The position numbers and the translations under genes were made by a program. The notes below the pieces were generated by a model, which was given only the letters and a program-made list of their open reading frames with translations, did not search any database and was not told where the DNA came from. This document shows positions 9,717-18,559 of a DNA stretch of 35,502 nt, piece after piece (positions within the stretch are counted from its first letter, which is position 1; each line of letters opens with the position of its first letter). The DNA is from a virus: the IMG/VR virus record IMGVR_UViG_3300045988_120629. The stretch is one strand, 5' to 3'.

Positions 9717-10001
9717 ATGAAAATCAGCGAATTAACAGATGAATACATAGCCGAATATCTGCGTGCGGAGTATGAGGGCGAAGAACAAACATTTTCAACT
9801 ATTCATACGGCGTCCATTCAGTACATAAAATCGTACACCGGTTTAACTGATGAAGAAATGGATAACTACGAGGATTTGACGATTGCGGCGTTGGTGTTGT
9901 GCGGTGATATGTACGACAATCGACAAATGACAGTGCAGTCTGACAAAGAAAATCCGACAGTTACGCAGATTTTGGCACTGCATTCCGTGAATTTATTGTG
10001 A
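9717..10001 (+). CDS. Head-tail connector (gp6-like)
   Basis: ATG at 9717 lies 6 nt after AGGTGG; the track starts at GTG 9708. Small acidic protein in the expected position. Confidence 0.65.
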   Translation: MKISELTDEYIAEYLRAEYEGEEQTFSTIHTASIQYIKSYTGLTDEEMDNYEDLTIAALVLCGDMYDNRQMTVQSDKENPTVTQILALHSVNLL

Positions 10002-10011
10002 GGTGTTGCTG

Positions 10012-10344
10012 ATGATAAATGCCGGACAATTAAACAGACGTGTTGAAATTTGCGAATTAACAGACGGTATCAATCCTGAAACAGGACGCGACGAGGGACA
10101 GAAATATGTCCCCGTCTGTACCGTTTGGGCGAATGTGAAACACGTTAGGGGTTCAGAGTATTTTACTGCGGCGGCGGTAAATGCCGAAAGAACGGTGACG
10201 TTTACAATCAGATACAAAAAAAATCTGACAGAGGACCACTATATAAAATACGGTGGGACATATTATAATATCCGTGCAATAAACGACGCATCCGAATCGC
10301 ACGACATACAAATCATAACGGCGGAGGCGGTCAACAATGGCTAA
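10012..10344 (+). CDS. Head-tail adaptor / head closure protein (SPP1 gp16-like)
   Basis: ATG at 10012 after GTGAGGTG. The N-terminus GQLNRRVEI is typical of the family. Confidence 0.7.
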   Translation: MINAGQLNRRVEICELTDGINPETGRDEGQKYVPVCTVWANVKHVRGSEYFTAAAVNAERTVTFTIRYKKNLTEDHYIKYGGTYYNIRAINDASESHDIQIITAEAVNNG

Positions 10345-10768
10345 ATACGGCGTTGAATATGAGGGGTTTTCGTCATTGGTACTGAAAATTGAAAATTTAG
10401 GTGTATCAATGAACGAAGTGGCCGACAAAGTGTTGGACGAAGTAGCACCGTTGGCAGTCAGCACATTCAAACCGCACGTTCCATATGACCGAAAGGAAAA
10501 AGACAGTTTTCACGCCCGAAATCACGTTCGGGCGAGTAAAACGCGTGACGGCTACGGCGGACGATATAAGTTAGTTGGAGTGTTTGACGGTGACGGTGCT
10601 AAATTGGATTGGAGCATTGCACAGTATTTATTTTATGTTGAAAACGGTACAAGCAAAATGGTGGCAAGACCGTTTATGAAAAAAGCAGAGGCGGCAGTTA
10701 AATCTGTCGTTGAACCAAAAATGAAATCGGCATTAGAGCAAGAAATCAAGTCAAGATTGGAGGGATAG
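10337..10768 (+). CDS. HK97 gp10-family neck/tail protein
   Basis: YLFYVENGTSKMVARPFM signature. Overlapping start, RBS GGAGG. Confidence 0.75.
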   Translation: MAKYGVEYEGFSSLVLKIENLGVSMNEVADKVLDEVAPLAVSTFKPHVPYDRKEKDSFHARNHVRASKTRDGYGGRYKLVGVFDGDGAKLDWSIAQYLFYVENGTSKMVARPFMKKAEAAVKSVVEPKMKSALEQEIKSRLEG

Positions 10769-10770
10769 CG

Positions 10771-11142
10771 TTGCAAGATACAATGTTAATGATATATCAG
10801 TCATTGAAAAAATCTGCGGCGGTAACGAAAAAAATAGCCGCAATATACAACAATCCGAGAGCACCGGACAAAGACAAAAATTTGTTTCCGCGAATAACAA
10901 TGTTTGAAATGCTGAATAACGATTCCGAATATGCTGATGACAGCGCAATAATGAATACTGTTATCGCGCGTTTGGATATTTGGAGCAAACAGAATAATTT
11001 GTTTGAACTATCAAAGGCAGTAAAAGAAACGTTGGAAACAGATTTTTTGATGTGCAGGGTAGAACTGCAAAACGATATGTACGAATCAGATACAAATATA
11101 TATCACAAACCGATAAATGTAACGTTAAAAATGGAGGTATAA
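10771..11142 (+). CDS. Tail terminator / tail completion protein (DUF3168-like)
   Basis: Call rests on position between the gp10-like gene and the major tail gene. TTG start after GGAGGGA; an in-frame ATG at 10783 is an alternative start. Confidence 0.45.
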   Translation: MQDTMLMIYQSLKKSAAVTKKIAAIYNNPRAPDKDKNLFPRITMFEMLNNDSEYADDSAIMNTVIARLDIWSKQNNLFELSKAVKETLETDFLMCRVELQNDMYESDTNIYHKPINVTLKMEV

Positions 11143-11146
11143 AATT

Positions 11147-11782
11147 ATGCAAATCAGAACAGGTTTAAAAGGATTAAGAATTGCAAAAATAATCAGTGAT
11201 AAAAGTGCGGCAATGACAGGCGGTGAGCCTAAAGTTGAATACGACGAAGTTAAACATTTGCTAAATGTGCAGAATATTGATTTAACTGCAAAAACACAAA
11301 CAACAGACGTAGACAGTGACGATTGCACTGACGTATTGTCAAAGTGTACAGGTTATGACGGTAAGGCGCAAAGAACAATGTTTTCACCGGCAGAACAGGC
11401 AATGTTGTTAGATGAAACATTAACAGAGGACGGAATTTATGTATCAACAGAAAAGGACGACCCTGCCGAATTTGCAACAGGATTTATGACACCGTTAAAC
11501 GACGGTAAAATTTTAGCAGTGTGGCTGTTACGAACAAAATACAGCACAAGTGATTTTTCAGCGGAAACAGCCGGAACTGAAAAACTAAATCCACAGTCTG
11601 ACACAATGTCATTCAAATCAATGGCAAGACGTGCGGACGGTGTTTGGAGAATTTACGGTGTCTTTGACACTGAAAAAGAGGCGGATGCATTCCTGACAGT
11701 AGAAAAAATAAATAAAATCTACGCAAAAGGAACGACATCAACACCTACAGTAAATACAGGTGACACAGTTCCAAAAGAATAA
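11147..11782 (+). CDS. Major tail protein (phi13-like)
   Basis: 211 aa, RBS GGAGG, followed by hairpins/terminator and the chaperone pair, as is usual for major tail genes. Confidence 0.7.
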   Translation: MQIRTGLKGLRIAKIISDKSAAMTGGEPKVEYDEVKHLLNVQNIDLTAKTQTTDVDSDDCTDVLSKCTGYDGKAQRTMFSPAEQAMLLDETLTEDGIYVSTEKDDPAEFATGFMTPLNDGKILAVWLLRTKYSTSDFSAETAGTEKLNPQSDTMSFKSMARRADGVWRIYGVFDTEKEADAFLTVEKINKIYAKGTTSTPTVNTGDTVPKE

Positions 11783-11873
11783 TTAAATAAAAAAAACCGT
11801 CCCACGCAGGACGGTAAAAGGAAAAAATAAGTTTTTATAAATCAAGTATAACACAGAAACGCAAATAAATCAA

Positions 11874-11899
11874 GCACATCATTATGATGTGCGTTTTTT
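11874..11899 (+). terminator. Rho-independent terminator/attenuator after the major tail gene
   Basis: GCACATCAT (11874..11882) pairs with ATGATGTGC (11884..11892), followed by GTTTTTT. A second hairpin CCGTCC/GGACGG lies at 11797..11814. Confidence 0.7.
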
Positions 11900-11922
11900 G
11901 CGTATGAAAGGAGTTTTTGAAA

Positions 11923-12270
11923 ATGGAAGAAACATTAGATTTAACCGCGTGTATCGCAAAGGGCAAGAAGATAAAAATTGAGGATAAGGAATACGAAATA
12001 AAGCTGACATACAGAGCATTGCGAGTATTGGAGCAAATGTACGGAAGTGTCGGCCAAGCTATTGAAATGTTCGGAAACAAGACAGATATATACGGTGATG
12101 TTTTAAATTTTCTATATGCAATGGTTGGCGAAAGGTACAATTTGCGAAAAGTGGATATTGAAGATTGGATTTCGTTGGGTACTATAAATATTTTGTATGA
12201 TGTGGTATATGCCGCAGTAATTTCAGCGTTCGGAGTGCAGGAGGCAACGGAAGAACAGGGGGAACAGTAA
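11923..12270 (+). CDS. Tail assembly chaperone (gpG-like)
   Basis: ATG at 11923 lies 9 nt after AAAGGAG. Acidic C-terminus. Located immediately upstream of the tape measure gene. Confidence 0.65.
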   Translation: MEETLDLTACIAKGKKIKIEDKEYEIKLTYRALRVLEQMYGSVGQAIEMFGNKTDIYGDVLNFLYAMVGERYNLRKVDIEDWISLGTINILYDVVYAAVISAFGVQEATEEQGEQ

Positions 12271-12464
12271 GGCGGGACGCTCCGTACGATTGGGACAAAC
12301 TATATTTTATAGGACGTTACCGCCTGCAATTTTCAGATGATGAATTTTGGGAATGCACACCCCGTAAATTTTGGAAAATTTATGAGATGATGAACGGAAA
12401 CACAAAAACAGCAGAAAAACAGAATAACGATAAACTGCCGAGTTTAGCAGATTTCGGAATATGA
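12201..12464 (+). CDS. -1 frame extension of the chaperone (gpT-like part of a G-T frameshift product)
   Basis: The -1 frame is open from 12201 to the TGA at 12462..12464. Hand translation: ...GRDAPYDWDKLYFIGRYRLQFSDDEFWECTPRKFWKIYEMMNG... It has no start codon or RBS of its own and ends just before the tape measure start. Confidence 0.5.
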   Translation, partial: CGICRSNFSVRSAGGNGRTGGTVRRDAPYDWDKLYFIGRYRLQFSDDEFWECTPRKFWKIYEMMNGNTKTAEKQNNDKLPSLADFGI

Positions 12465-12474
12465 GGTGAAAAGA

Positions 12475-15400
12475 ATGAGTGACGGTACAAATATCAGCAT
12501 TGGTTTTAACACCAAAGAGGCACAACAGGAAATCAAGGCGTTAGGTAATTCAATGAAACAAACGCAAAATGAGTTTAAGGTTACAGACGCCACATTAAAA
12601 ACGACAGGTTCATCATTGGACCGTTTACAGAATAAATATAAATCCCTGTCTACACAGCTAAACCAACAATCACAGATTACACAGAAATATAAACAAATGG
12701 TAGAACAGGCGTCAAAGGCACAGGACGCCGCCCGTCAACGTTTGGAACGTGCGAATGAGGCATACAACAAGGGCAAGACAAGCCTAAAGGCCAACAGCGA
12801 CGAAATGAAAAAGTTGAAAGACGAAGTAAAAAAGGCTGAAAGTGCCGTTAAAACAGCTGATACGAATTTCAATCGTTTCAGTAACAATCTATCGAGAAGT
12901 CAATTAGCAGAGGCAAATTTAAGAAATGAGTTAAAGCAGACGACAGATGAATTAAAAAAACAGTCGCAATATATTACACAGGTTAAAAACAAATATAGCG
13001 AATTACAGGACAAAACTGCAGGTGTCAGAAACGGATTGACTAAAGTCGGTAACACATTAACGGCAACAGTAACAGCACCGTTGGTAGCGGCGGGAACTGC
13101 GGCAGTTAAGCAATATATGGACCTAAATAAAAAATTGGCTAATATCGCAACATTGTCCATAGGTGACGAACGTCTGCAGGAATTGAAAAAGGGTATACAA
13201 GATGTAGCAATAGAAACCGCAAAATATACAGATGATATTGCAGACGGTACATATCAGGTAATATCGGCATTCGGCGACGCTGACGACACAATCGACAAAG
13301 TAAGAATAAACGCAAAGGCCGCAAAAGCCGGATTGGCGACAACGACTGATTCTATCAATCTAACTTCAGCCGTTACAAAGGGTTACGGTGATACGACAGC
13401 CGAGGCAGTAGAACACGTTGCGGATTTGGCATTTAAAACAGTCGAATTAGGACAGACAACATTCCCCGAACTGGCGTCAAGTATCGGTAAGGTAGTCCCA
13501 CAATCAAAGGCGTTAGGTGTATCACAGGACGAATTGTTTACGATATTTGCAACATTGACAGGTGTAACGGGTACAGCGTCGGAAGTATCTACACAGTTAG
13601 GCGCGGTATATACCGGATTAATGACACCGACAGAGGCATTAAAGAAAAAGCTAAATTCATTGGGTTATGAATCGGGATTTGCAATGGTAAAGGCAAACGG
13701 TTTTTCGGGTGCAATGAAGATTTTGGCAGAGGCAACAGGCGGTAGCGAGGAAAAGCTAACAGAACTATTCAGTTCAAAAGAGGCTATTACTGCAATGTTG
13801 GCATTGACAGGTGCGCAGGCTGATACATTTTCAGAAAAATTAGAGAAAATGGGTAATGCCGCCGGAGCGTCAGAAGAGGCATTCAAAAAGCAGTCGGAGG
13901 GCGTAAACAAATCCGGTTTTACGTTTGAGCAAGCAATGGTTAAAATGCAGGTAGCCGCACAAAAATTTGGTGAAAGTGCGGCACCGTTCATTGATAAGGC
14001 TGCAGACGCGGTAAGCAGTTTGGCGGATTGGTTAAGTGGATTGTCTGATGAAGATTGTGAGCGATTATTGAAAATCGGCACAGCATTAGCAATTATCGGA
14101 CCCGCATTGAGTTTGACGGCAAAAGGTATTTCATTCGCAAACGGTATTAAATCGCTGTTTTCGTTTACAAAAGTAGCAGGCGAGGCGGAGACTGCGGCAA
14201 AGGCGGCAGGTGCGGCAGCAGAAACAGCAGGAGCAACAGGAGCAGAGGCAATGGCGGCAGCCGAAGGCGCGGCGGCAAGTGCAACAGGTGCCGGAGGTGT
14301 AGGCGGATTTCTTGCGGCATTAGGCGGTGTTGCCGGAGTGAGTGCAGGAATAACAGCAGTAGTAACAGCACCATTTGCGGCTACATTGGCAGTAGCGAAG
14401 ATTGCAAGTGCAGGAATAGAAAAATATCATCAAAAATTAGGTGAATCGGGAAATGACGCGCTGGCTATGGCACAGGAATATTCGGAAAAAGCAAAGACCG
14501 CCTATGATATGACCGTGGTAGCCGATACAGTAGACGCGTATATTGCACGCTATAAGGAATTGACAGAATTAAAAAATCAAGGACAACAAACCGACGAAAG
14601 CGAGCAGGAACGAAAATTTTTAGAGCAATGGTTTATAGACAACTATAGCGATTTCATCAGCGCCGAAGAACAGAAAAACGGTGTCCGCAGTTCAACACTG
14701 GACATCATAAAACAGATAGTACAGGCACAAAAAGAACAGGCGGAACAGGAAAAGAAACAGAAACAGCAGGAAATCAAGGACGACAGCAGTAAAAAAAGAA
14801 CCAACGCACAAAAATCGTCGGAGGAAATCCCAAAACTGCAAAGCGTCAATAATGAAACAAAGCAACGTATTGAAAATGCTAAAAAGTTAAGTACAGAATT
14901 AGGCGTGTTAAAAACGCAGTATGAGGCAATCAACAGCACAATGTCGGGTGCTGAACGTAGGGCGGCGGTTGAGAAACTGCGTGAGGACAACAAGGAAATA
15001 TTCGACAGTTATCAAAACATTACAGGCGGTCAATTAAATTTTGACAGTTTGGGACAGGCAATAGAAAATGTATCAGAGCAAACGTCGGAGTGGGAAACGA
15101 ATGTAGCAAATAACGAAGAACGAATTAAACAGCACCAAGCGTCTATCGAAAAATACAAAGAGGCACTAATAACACTGCAAAACGAAGTTACAAAAGAGGC
15201 CGTAAACAAAAGCGGTTTTTCGTCTATTGCGGATATATTCGCAAGTGGTGATGAACAAAAAATAAACAAAGCAATTAATGATGTAGTCACGCAATGTCAG
15301 CTGTTAGGTATGACAACAACCGAAACAAGTTTGCAGGTTGCGTTATTTAAAAACGGTTTTTCAAATTTGAGCGAGGCAATGGCGAGCGGTGACAAAAATA

Positions 15401-17478
15401 TGAAAGCCGTAGTAACCGATTTGAACGATTATATGCACAGTGTTTTAGGATTGCCGGATAATATTGAAATCAGCATAAATGCCGAGGGCGATATTACTAT
15501 GATAGACAAAACCAAAGACGGTGTCGAAGAAATAGACGGTCAAAGTGCCGAGGTCAGCGTCAGCGTAGACGGTGGCGAAAGTGAACAAACCATAATGACG
15601 TTGCAAGAATTGATTGACACATACGGAGCAACACAGGCTGTCGCAATTTTGCAGGCTGACAATCAGGCAACCGTAACAATAGACGGTGTTGTTTATCAGT
15701 TGGCGGAGTACAACCAAAAAACAGGTATAGCGACGCTAAAAGCAAACGATTCCGAGGCGGTTATTACAATCAATACAACGACAGGCGAAGTCGATAAATT
15801 TGATAATTTAGAGGGTACGGCAACGCTGAAAGCCGACGGCACAAATGCGGCGGTGGTTATTGATAGCCTGACAAGCAAAGCAAAGGGATTTGAAAAAACA
15901 TATACCGCACATTTTACCGTAAAATCGGACGGAACAGTGTCGAGCGGTTTTTTCAATAGCGGCCAAAAAGGTTTTTTTGCAAACGGTACCGAATCAGCAC
16001 CGGAAGGACCTGCGGTTATAAATGATGAAAAGGGTGTCGCTGACCCGCGAGAATTGGTAAAGCATAAAGGACAATACTATTTGTTTAACGGTCGAAATGT
16101 GTTGGTAAATCTAAGTAAGGGTGATTCGGTTTACACGGCCAAACAGACAAAAGCAATGTTGAAAAAATTACCGCATTACGCAACAGGAACAAACAACACA
16201 GCATTTGAAACAAAAAAAGAAGATTTTGAATACCGTCAGAAAACAAGCGTCGTATCAGATGCCGATGCATTGTTATGGTGGAAAAAAATATTAGAAGAAT
16301 TTGCAAGCGACGCGGACGTTGTGAAAGAGGCTAATATTGAAATCTACGAACTAAACAAAAAAATTAATGACGACGCAATCAAAGATTATAAAAACAGGTT
16401 GAAAAATCAAGCGAGCAAGTCAAAGAATTGGATTGACTATGAAGTCAAAATGCACAATCTGTCAGTAGATGAACAGATTGCGGCATATCAGCGAATGGAC
16501 GACAACTATCTGAATACATTGACCGAAATGACGGAAAATACCGAAATGACGGCTGATGAACTGCAGGACGTATGGGACGAATATTACGAAACAATCCGAA
16601 ACCACGAAATGCAGATTGCAGATTTACGAAAAAAGAAATTAGACGAATTAAACCAACAGTCATTAGACTATATAGCCGAACGAACATATTTTAATGACTG
16701 GGAACAATACGACGACAGCCCCGAGGCGGCATATCAGCGTATTATGGAACGTAATTCACAGGCACTGCAGGACGGCGAAATTACGGAAGAAGAATACAAT
16801 GAAAAAATGACGACCGCAGGACAGAAACTGTATGAGGGACGTTTGGAAAATTCTAAGAAGTGGTTGCAAATGCAAAAGAAGTACGGAGCAATCAGCGAGC
16901 AGGAATATCAAGCCGGACTAAACCGCGTAAAGGACTATACACAAAAATATTACGAACAAGGAATGATAAGCGGTAAGTATTACTATGAGGCTATGGACGA
17001 CGCAAACAGTAACCTGTTTGACAGTATGAGTGAAACGTTGGAAAACTACGTCAACGAATACTATGACGCACAAAAAGAAATGTTGTCAGCGAAAAAAGAG
17101 GCAATCGAGGCGGAATACAAGGCAATCGAGGACGCGGAAACCAAAGCCGAAAGGAAAAAAGAGCTGTCGGAACTGGAGGCGGAACGTGAAAAATATCAAA
17201 ATGCCGTTACGATAGAAGGCAAGAAAAAATTAAAAGAAATCGAAGAAGATATTGCGGACATCAAAAAAACAGAGGCAAAAGAGGCACGCGAGGCGGAAAA
17301 GCAAGCCAAGTTAGACGCAATCGAGGACGAAAACGAGGCACTGGAAAAAGAGCAAAGCAACACACTGAAAGGGTTAAGCAAATATACATCACAGGCATTG
17401 GGAATAATCAGCGGTGGCAATGATGATATGACAAAACAGTTTAACAGTGTTTTAAAATCGTACAATCAGCAACAGTAA
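12475..17478 (+). CDS. Tail tape measure protein
   Basis: 1667 aa from the ATG at 12475 (GAGGTG lies 6 nt upstream; the track starts at GTG 12466). Long coiled coils, an Ala/Gly-rich hydrophobic segment around 14165..14400, and canonical position. Confidence 0.9.
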   Translation: MSDGTNISIGFNTKEAQQEIKALGNSMKQTQNEFKVTDATLKTTGSSLDRLQNKYKSLSTQLNQQSQITQKYKQMVEQASKAQDAARQRLERANEAYNKGKTSLKANSDEMKKLKDEVKKAESAVKTADTNFNRFSNNLSRSQLAEANLRNELKQTTDELKKQSQYITQVKNKYSELQDKTAGVRNGLTKVGNTLTATVTAPLVAAGTAAVKQYMDLNKKLANIATLSIGDERLQELKKGIQDVAIETAKYTDDIADGTYQVISAFGDADDTIDKVRINAKAAKAGLATTTDSINLTSAVTKGYGDTTAEAVEHVADLAFKTVELGQTTFPELASSIGKVVPQSKALGVSQDELFTIFATLTGVTGTASEVSTQLGAVYTGLMTPTEALKKKLNSLGYESGFAMVKANGFSGAMKILAEATGGSEEKLTELFSSKEAITAMLALTGAQADTFSEKLEKMGNAAGASEEAFKKQSEGVNKSGFTFEQAMVKMQVAAQKFGESAAPFIDKAADAVSSLADWLSGLSDEDCERLLKIGTALAIIGPALSLTAKGISFANGIKSLFSFTKVAGEAETAAKAAGAAAETAGATGAEAMAAAEGAAASATGAGGVGGFLAALGGVAGVSAGITAVVTAPFAATLAVAKIASAGIEKYHQKLGESGNDALAMAQEYSEKAKTAYDMTVVADTVDAYIARYKELTELKNQGQQTDESEQERKFLEQWFIDNYSDFISAEEQKNGVRSSTLDIIKQIVQAQKEQAEQEKKQKQQEIKDDSSKKRTNAQKSSEEIPKLQSVNNETKQRIENAKKLSTELGVLKTQYEAINSTMSGAERRAAVEKLREDNKEIFDSYQNITGGQLNFDSLGQAIENVSEQTSEWETNVANNEERIKQHQASIEKYKEALITLQNEVTKEAVNKSGFSSIADIFASGDEQKINKAINDVVTQCQLLGMTTTETSLQVALFKNGFSNLSEAMASGDKNMKAVVTDLNDYMHSVLGLPDNIEISINAEGDITMIDKTKDGVEEIDGQSAEVSVSVDGGESEQTIMTLQELIDTYGATQAVAILQADNQATVTIDGVVYQLAEYNQKTGIATLKANDSEAVITINTTTGEVDKFDNLEGTATLKADGTNAAVVIDSLTSKAKGFEKTYTAHFTVKSDGTVSSGFFNSGQKGFFANGTESAPEGPAVINDEKGVADPRELVKHKGQYYLFNGRNVLVNLSKGDSVYTAKQTKAMLKKLPHYATGTNNTAFETKKEDFEYRQKTSVVSDADALLWWKKILEEFASDADVVKEANIEIYELNKKINDDAIKDYKNRLKNQASKSKNWIDYEVKMHNLSVDEQIAAYQRMDDNYLNTLTEMTENTEMTADELQDVWDEYYETIRNHEMQIADLRKKKLDELNQQSLDYIAERTYFNDWEQYDDSPEAAYQRIMERNSQALQDGEITEEEYNEKMTTAGQKLYEGRLENSKKWLQMQKKYGAISEQEYQAGLNRVKDYTQKYYEQGMISGKYYYEAMDDANSNLFDSMSETLENYVNEYYDAQKEMLSAKKEAIEAEYKAIEDAETKAERKKELSELEAEREKYQNAVTIEGKKKLKEIEEDIADIKKTEAKEAREAEKQAKLDAIEDENEALEKEQSNTLKGLSKYTSQALGIISGGNDDMTKQFNSVLKSYNQQQ

Positions 17479-17481
17479 CAG

Positions 17482-17721
17482 TTGGCAACAACCGGATATA
17501 ACACTATATCAAAAATAGTAGATATGACAAATCAGAAATTGTCCGAAATAGGTCAAAATATTCCGAACGCAACAACCGCCCATAATGAATATACCATTAC
17601 AATCAAACAGGATTTTAATAATAATATCACTGATGAAACGACTGCAATGGCGTACGGTAAATATGCGGGTAGTTCGGTAAAACGTTCAATTTCGGATGCA
17701 TTTTTGGGAGCGGAGGGCTAA
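17482..17721 (+). CDS. In-frame continuation of the tape measure ORF after a TAA stop (separate small protein or readthrough/nonsense-separated C-terminus)
   Basis: Same reading frame as 12475..17478, separated only by TAA (17476..17478) plus one codon. No RBS precedes TTG 17482 or ATG 17524. Confidence 0.35.
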   Translation: MATTGYNTISKIVDMTNQKLSEIGQNIPNATTAHNEYTITIKQDFNNNITDETTAMAYGKYAGSSVKRSISDAFLGAEG

Positions 17722-17724
17722 ACA

Positions 17725-18543
17725 ATGGGATTAACATATCGTGGTAAACATTCATTGCGTGATTTTGGTATGCAAACCAAAATCACCGATTTACCGATAA
17801 CACCGCCGAAAAAGACGGATTACGAGGAAGATATACCGTACAGGGACGGCAGCATAGATTTTTCAGAATCGGGCGGCAGGGTGTTTTACAAAGACAAAAC
17901 AATCGAAGTTGAATTTTATTTAATCTGCAACGATACCGCAAAACGTAATAAAACTATTGAACAGTTTGTAACGTGGATAAACGGCGGAAAAGGTGAGTTG
18001 ATTTTGGACGATATGCCGTTTACAAAGTGGATAGCGTCACCGATAACCGTGGAAGATATGACTATAATGCTACAACGAGCGGGAAAAACCGTTGTAGCAT
18101 TCAGATGTGAACCGTTTAATCAGTTCCTGTATGATACGCAGGGTATTCCGTTAGGCGCGGATATTCCGTTAGATACGGAAATTGAAATAGGTTGGCCGAT
18201 AAATCATATATATGAAATTGCCAACGGTACAAACACATTTAAACTAAACAATGCGGGAACTGCGGCGGTACGACCTAAGATAGTTTTCAACGGTAATTTT
18301 ACATCAGTATCGTTTACCTGCGGCGGAAACACAATAAAATATAATCACAAAACTACGCAATTCACAATCGATTGCGAATTATTCAGCTGCTTTGAGGGTG
18401 ACACCAACACGTCAGAATATTCAAACGGTGATTATATAGAAATCGGACAGGGTGAAAATGAAATAACAATACAGTCAAACGGAACGGGAACAGTCGAAAT
18501 TATTTATAATCCGCTGTTCTATTATACACAGTCGATTTTATAA
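17725..18543 (+). CDS. Distal tail protein (Dit, Sipho_tail family)
   Basis: N-terminus GLTYRGKHSLRDFGM, size 272 aa, RBS GGAGGG, and position after the TMP. Confidence 0.8.
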   Translation: MGLTYRGKHSLRDFGMQTKITDLPITPPKKTDYEEDIPYRDGSIDFSESGGRVFYKDKTIEVEFYLICNDTAKRNKTIEQFVTWINGGKGELILDDMPFTKWIASPITVEDMTIMLQRAGKTVVAFRCEPFNQFLYDTQGIPLGADIPLDTEIEIGWPINHIYEIANGTNTFKLNNAGTAAVRPKIVFNGNFTSVSFTCGGNTIKYNHKTTQFTIDCELFSCFEGDTNTSEYSNGDYIEIGQGENEITIQSNGTGTVEIIYNPLFYYTQSIL

Positions 18544-18559
18544 AACAGGAGGAAATACA

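Noticed and set aside
14165-14400. GC-rich, repetitive GCNGCNGGN stretch that at first glance looks like a tandem repeat
   Set aside because: It translates in the TMP frame to an Ala/Gly-rich hydrophobic segment (…AAKAAGAAAETAGATGAEAMAAAEGAAASATGAGGVGGFLAALGG…). This is a common transmembrane/low-complexity region of tape measure proteins. There is no regular repeat-spacer structure.
12900-17465. Numerous minus-strand ORFs (60-138 aa) and a plus-strand alternative-frame ORF (17030..17215, Lys/Arg-rich) inside the tape measure gene
   Set aside because: They are entirely embedded in a 5-kb ORF with a coherent TMP-like sequence and lack RBS. Their low-complexity composition mirrors the purine-rich GAA/AAA/GCA codon bias of the sense frame.
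17476-17478. Alternative genetic code (stop-codon reassignment) as an explanation for the in-frame TAA in the tape measure frame
   Set aside because: TAA, TAG and TGA each terminate several well-supported genes in this genome at positions consistent with overlaps, RBS and homolog lengths. A standard code 11 fits.
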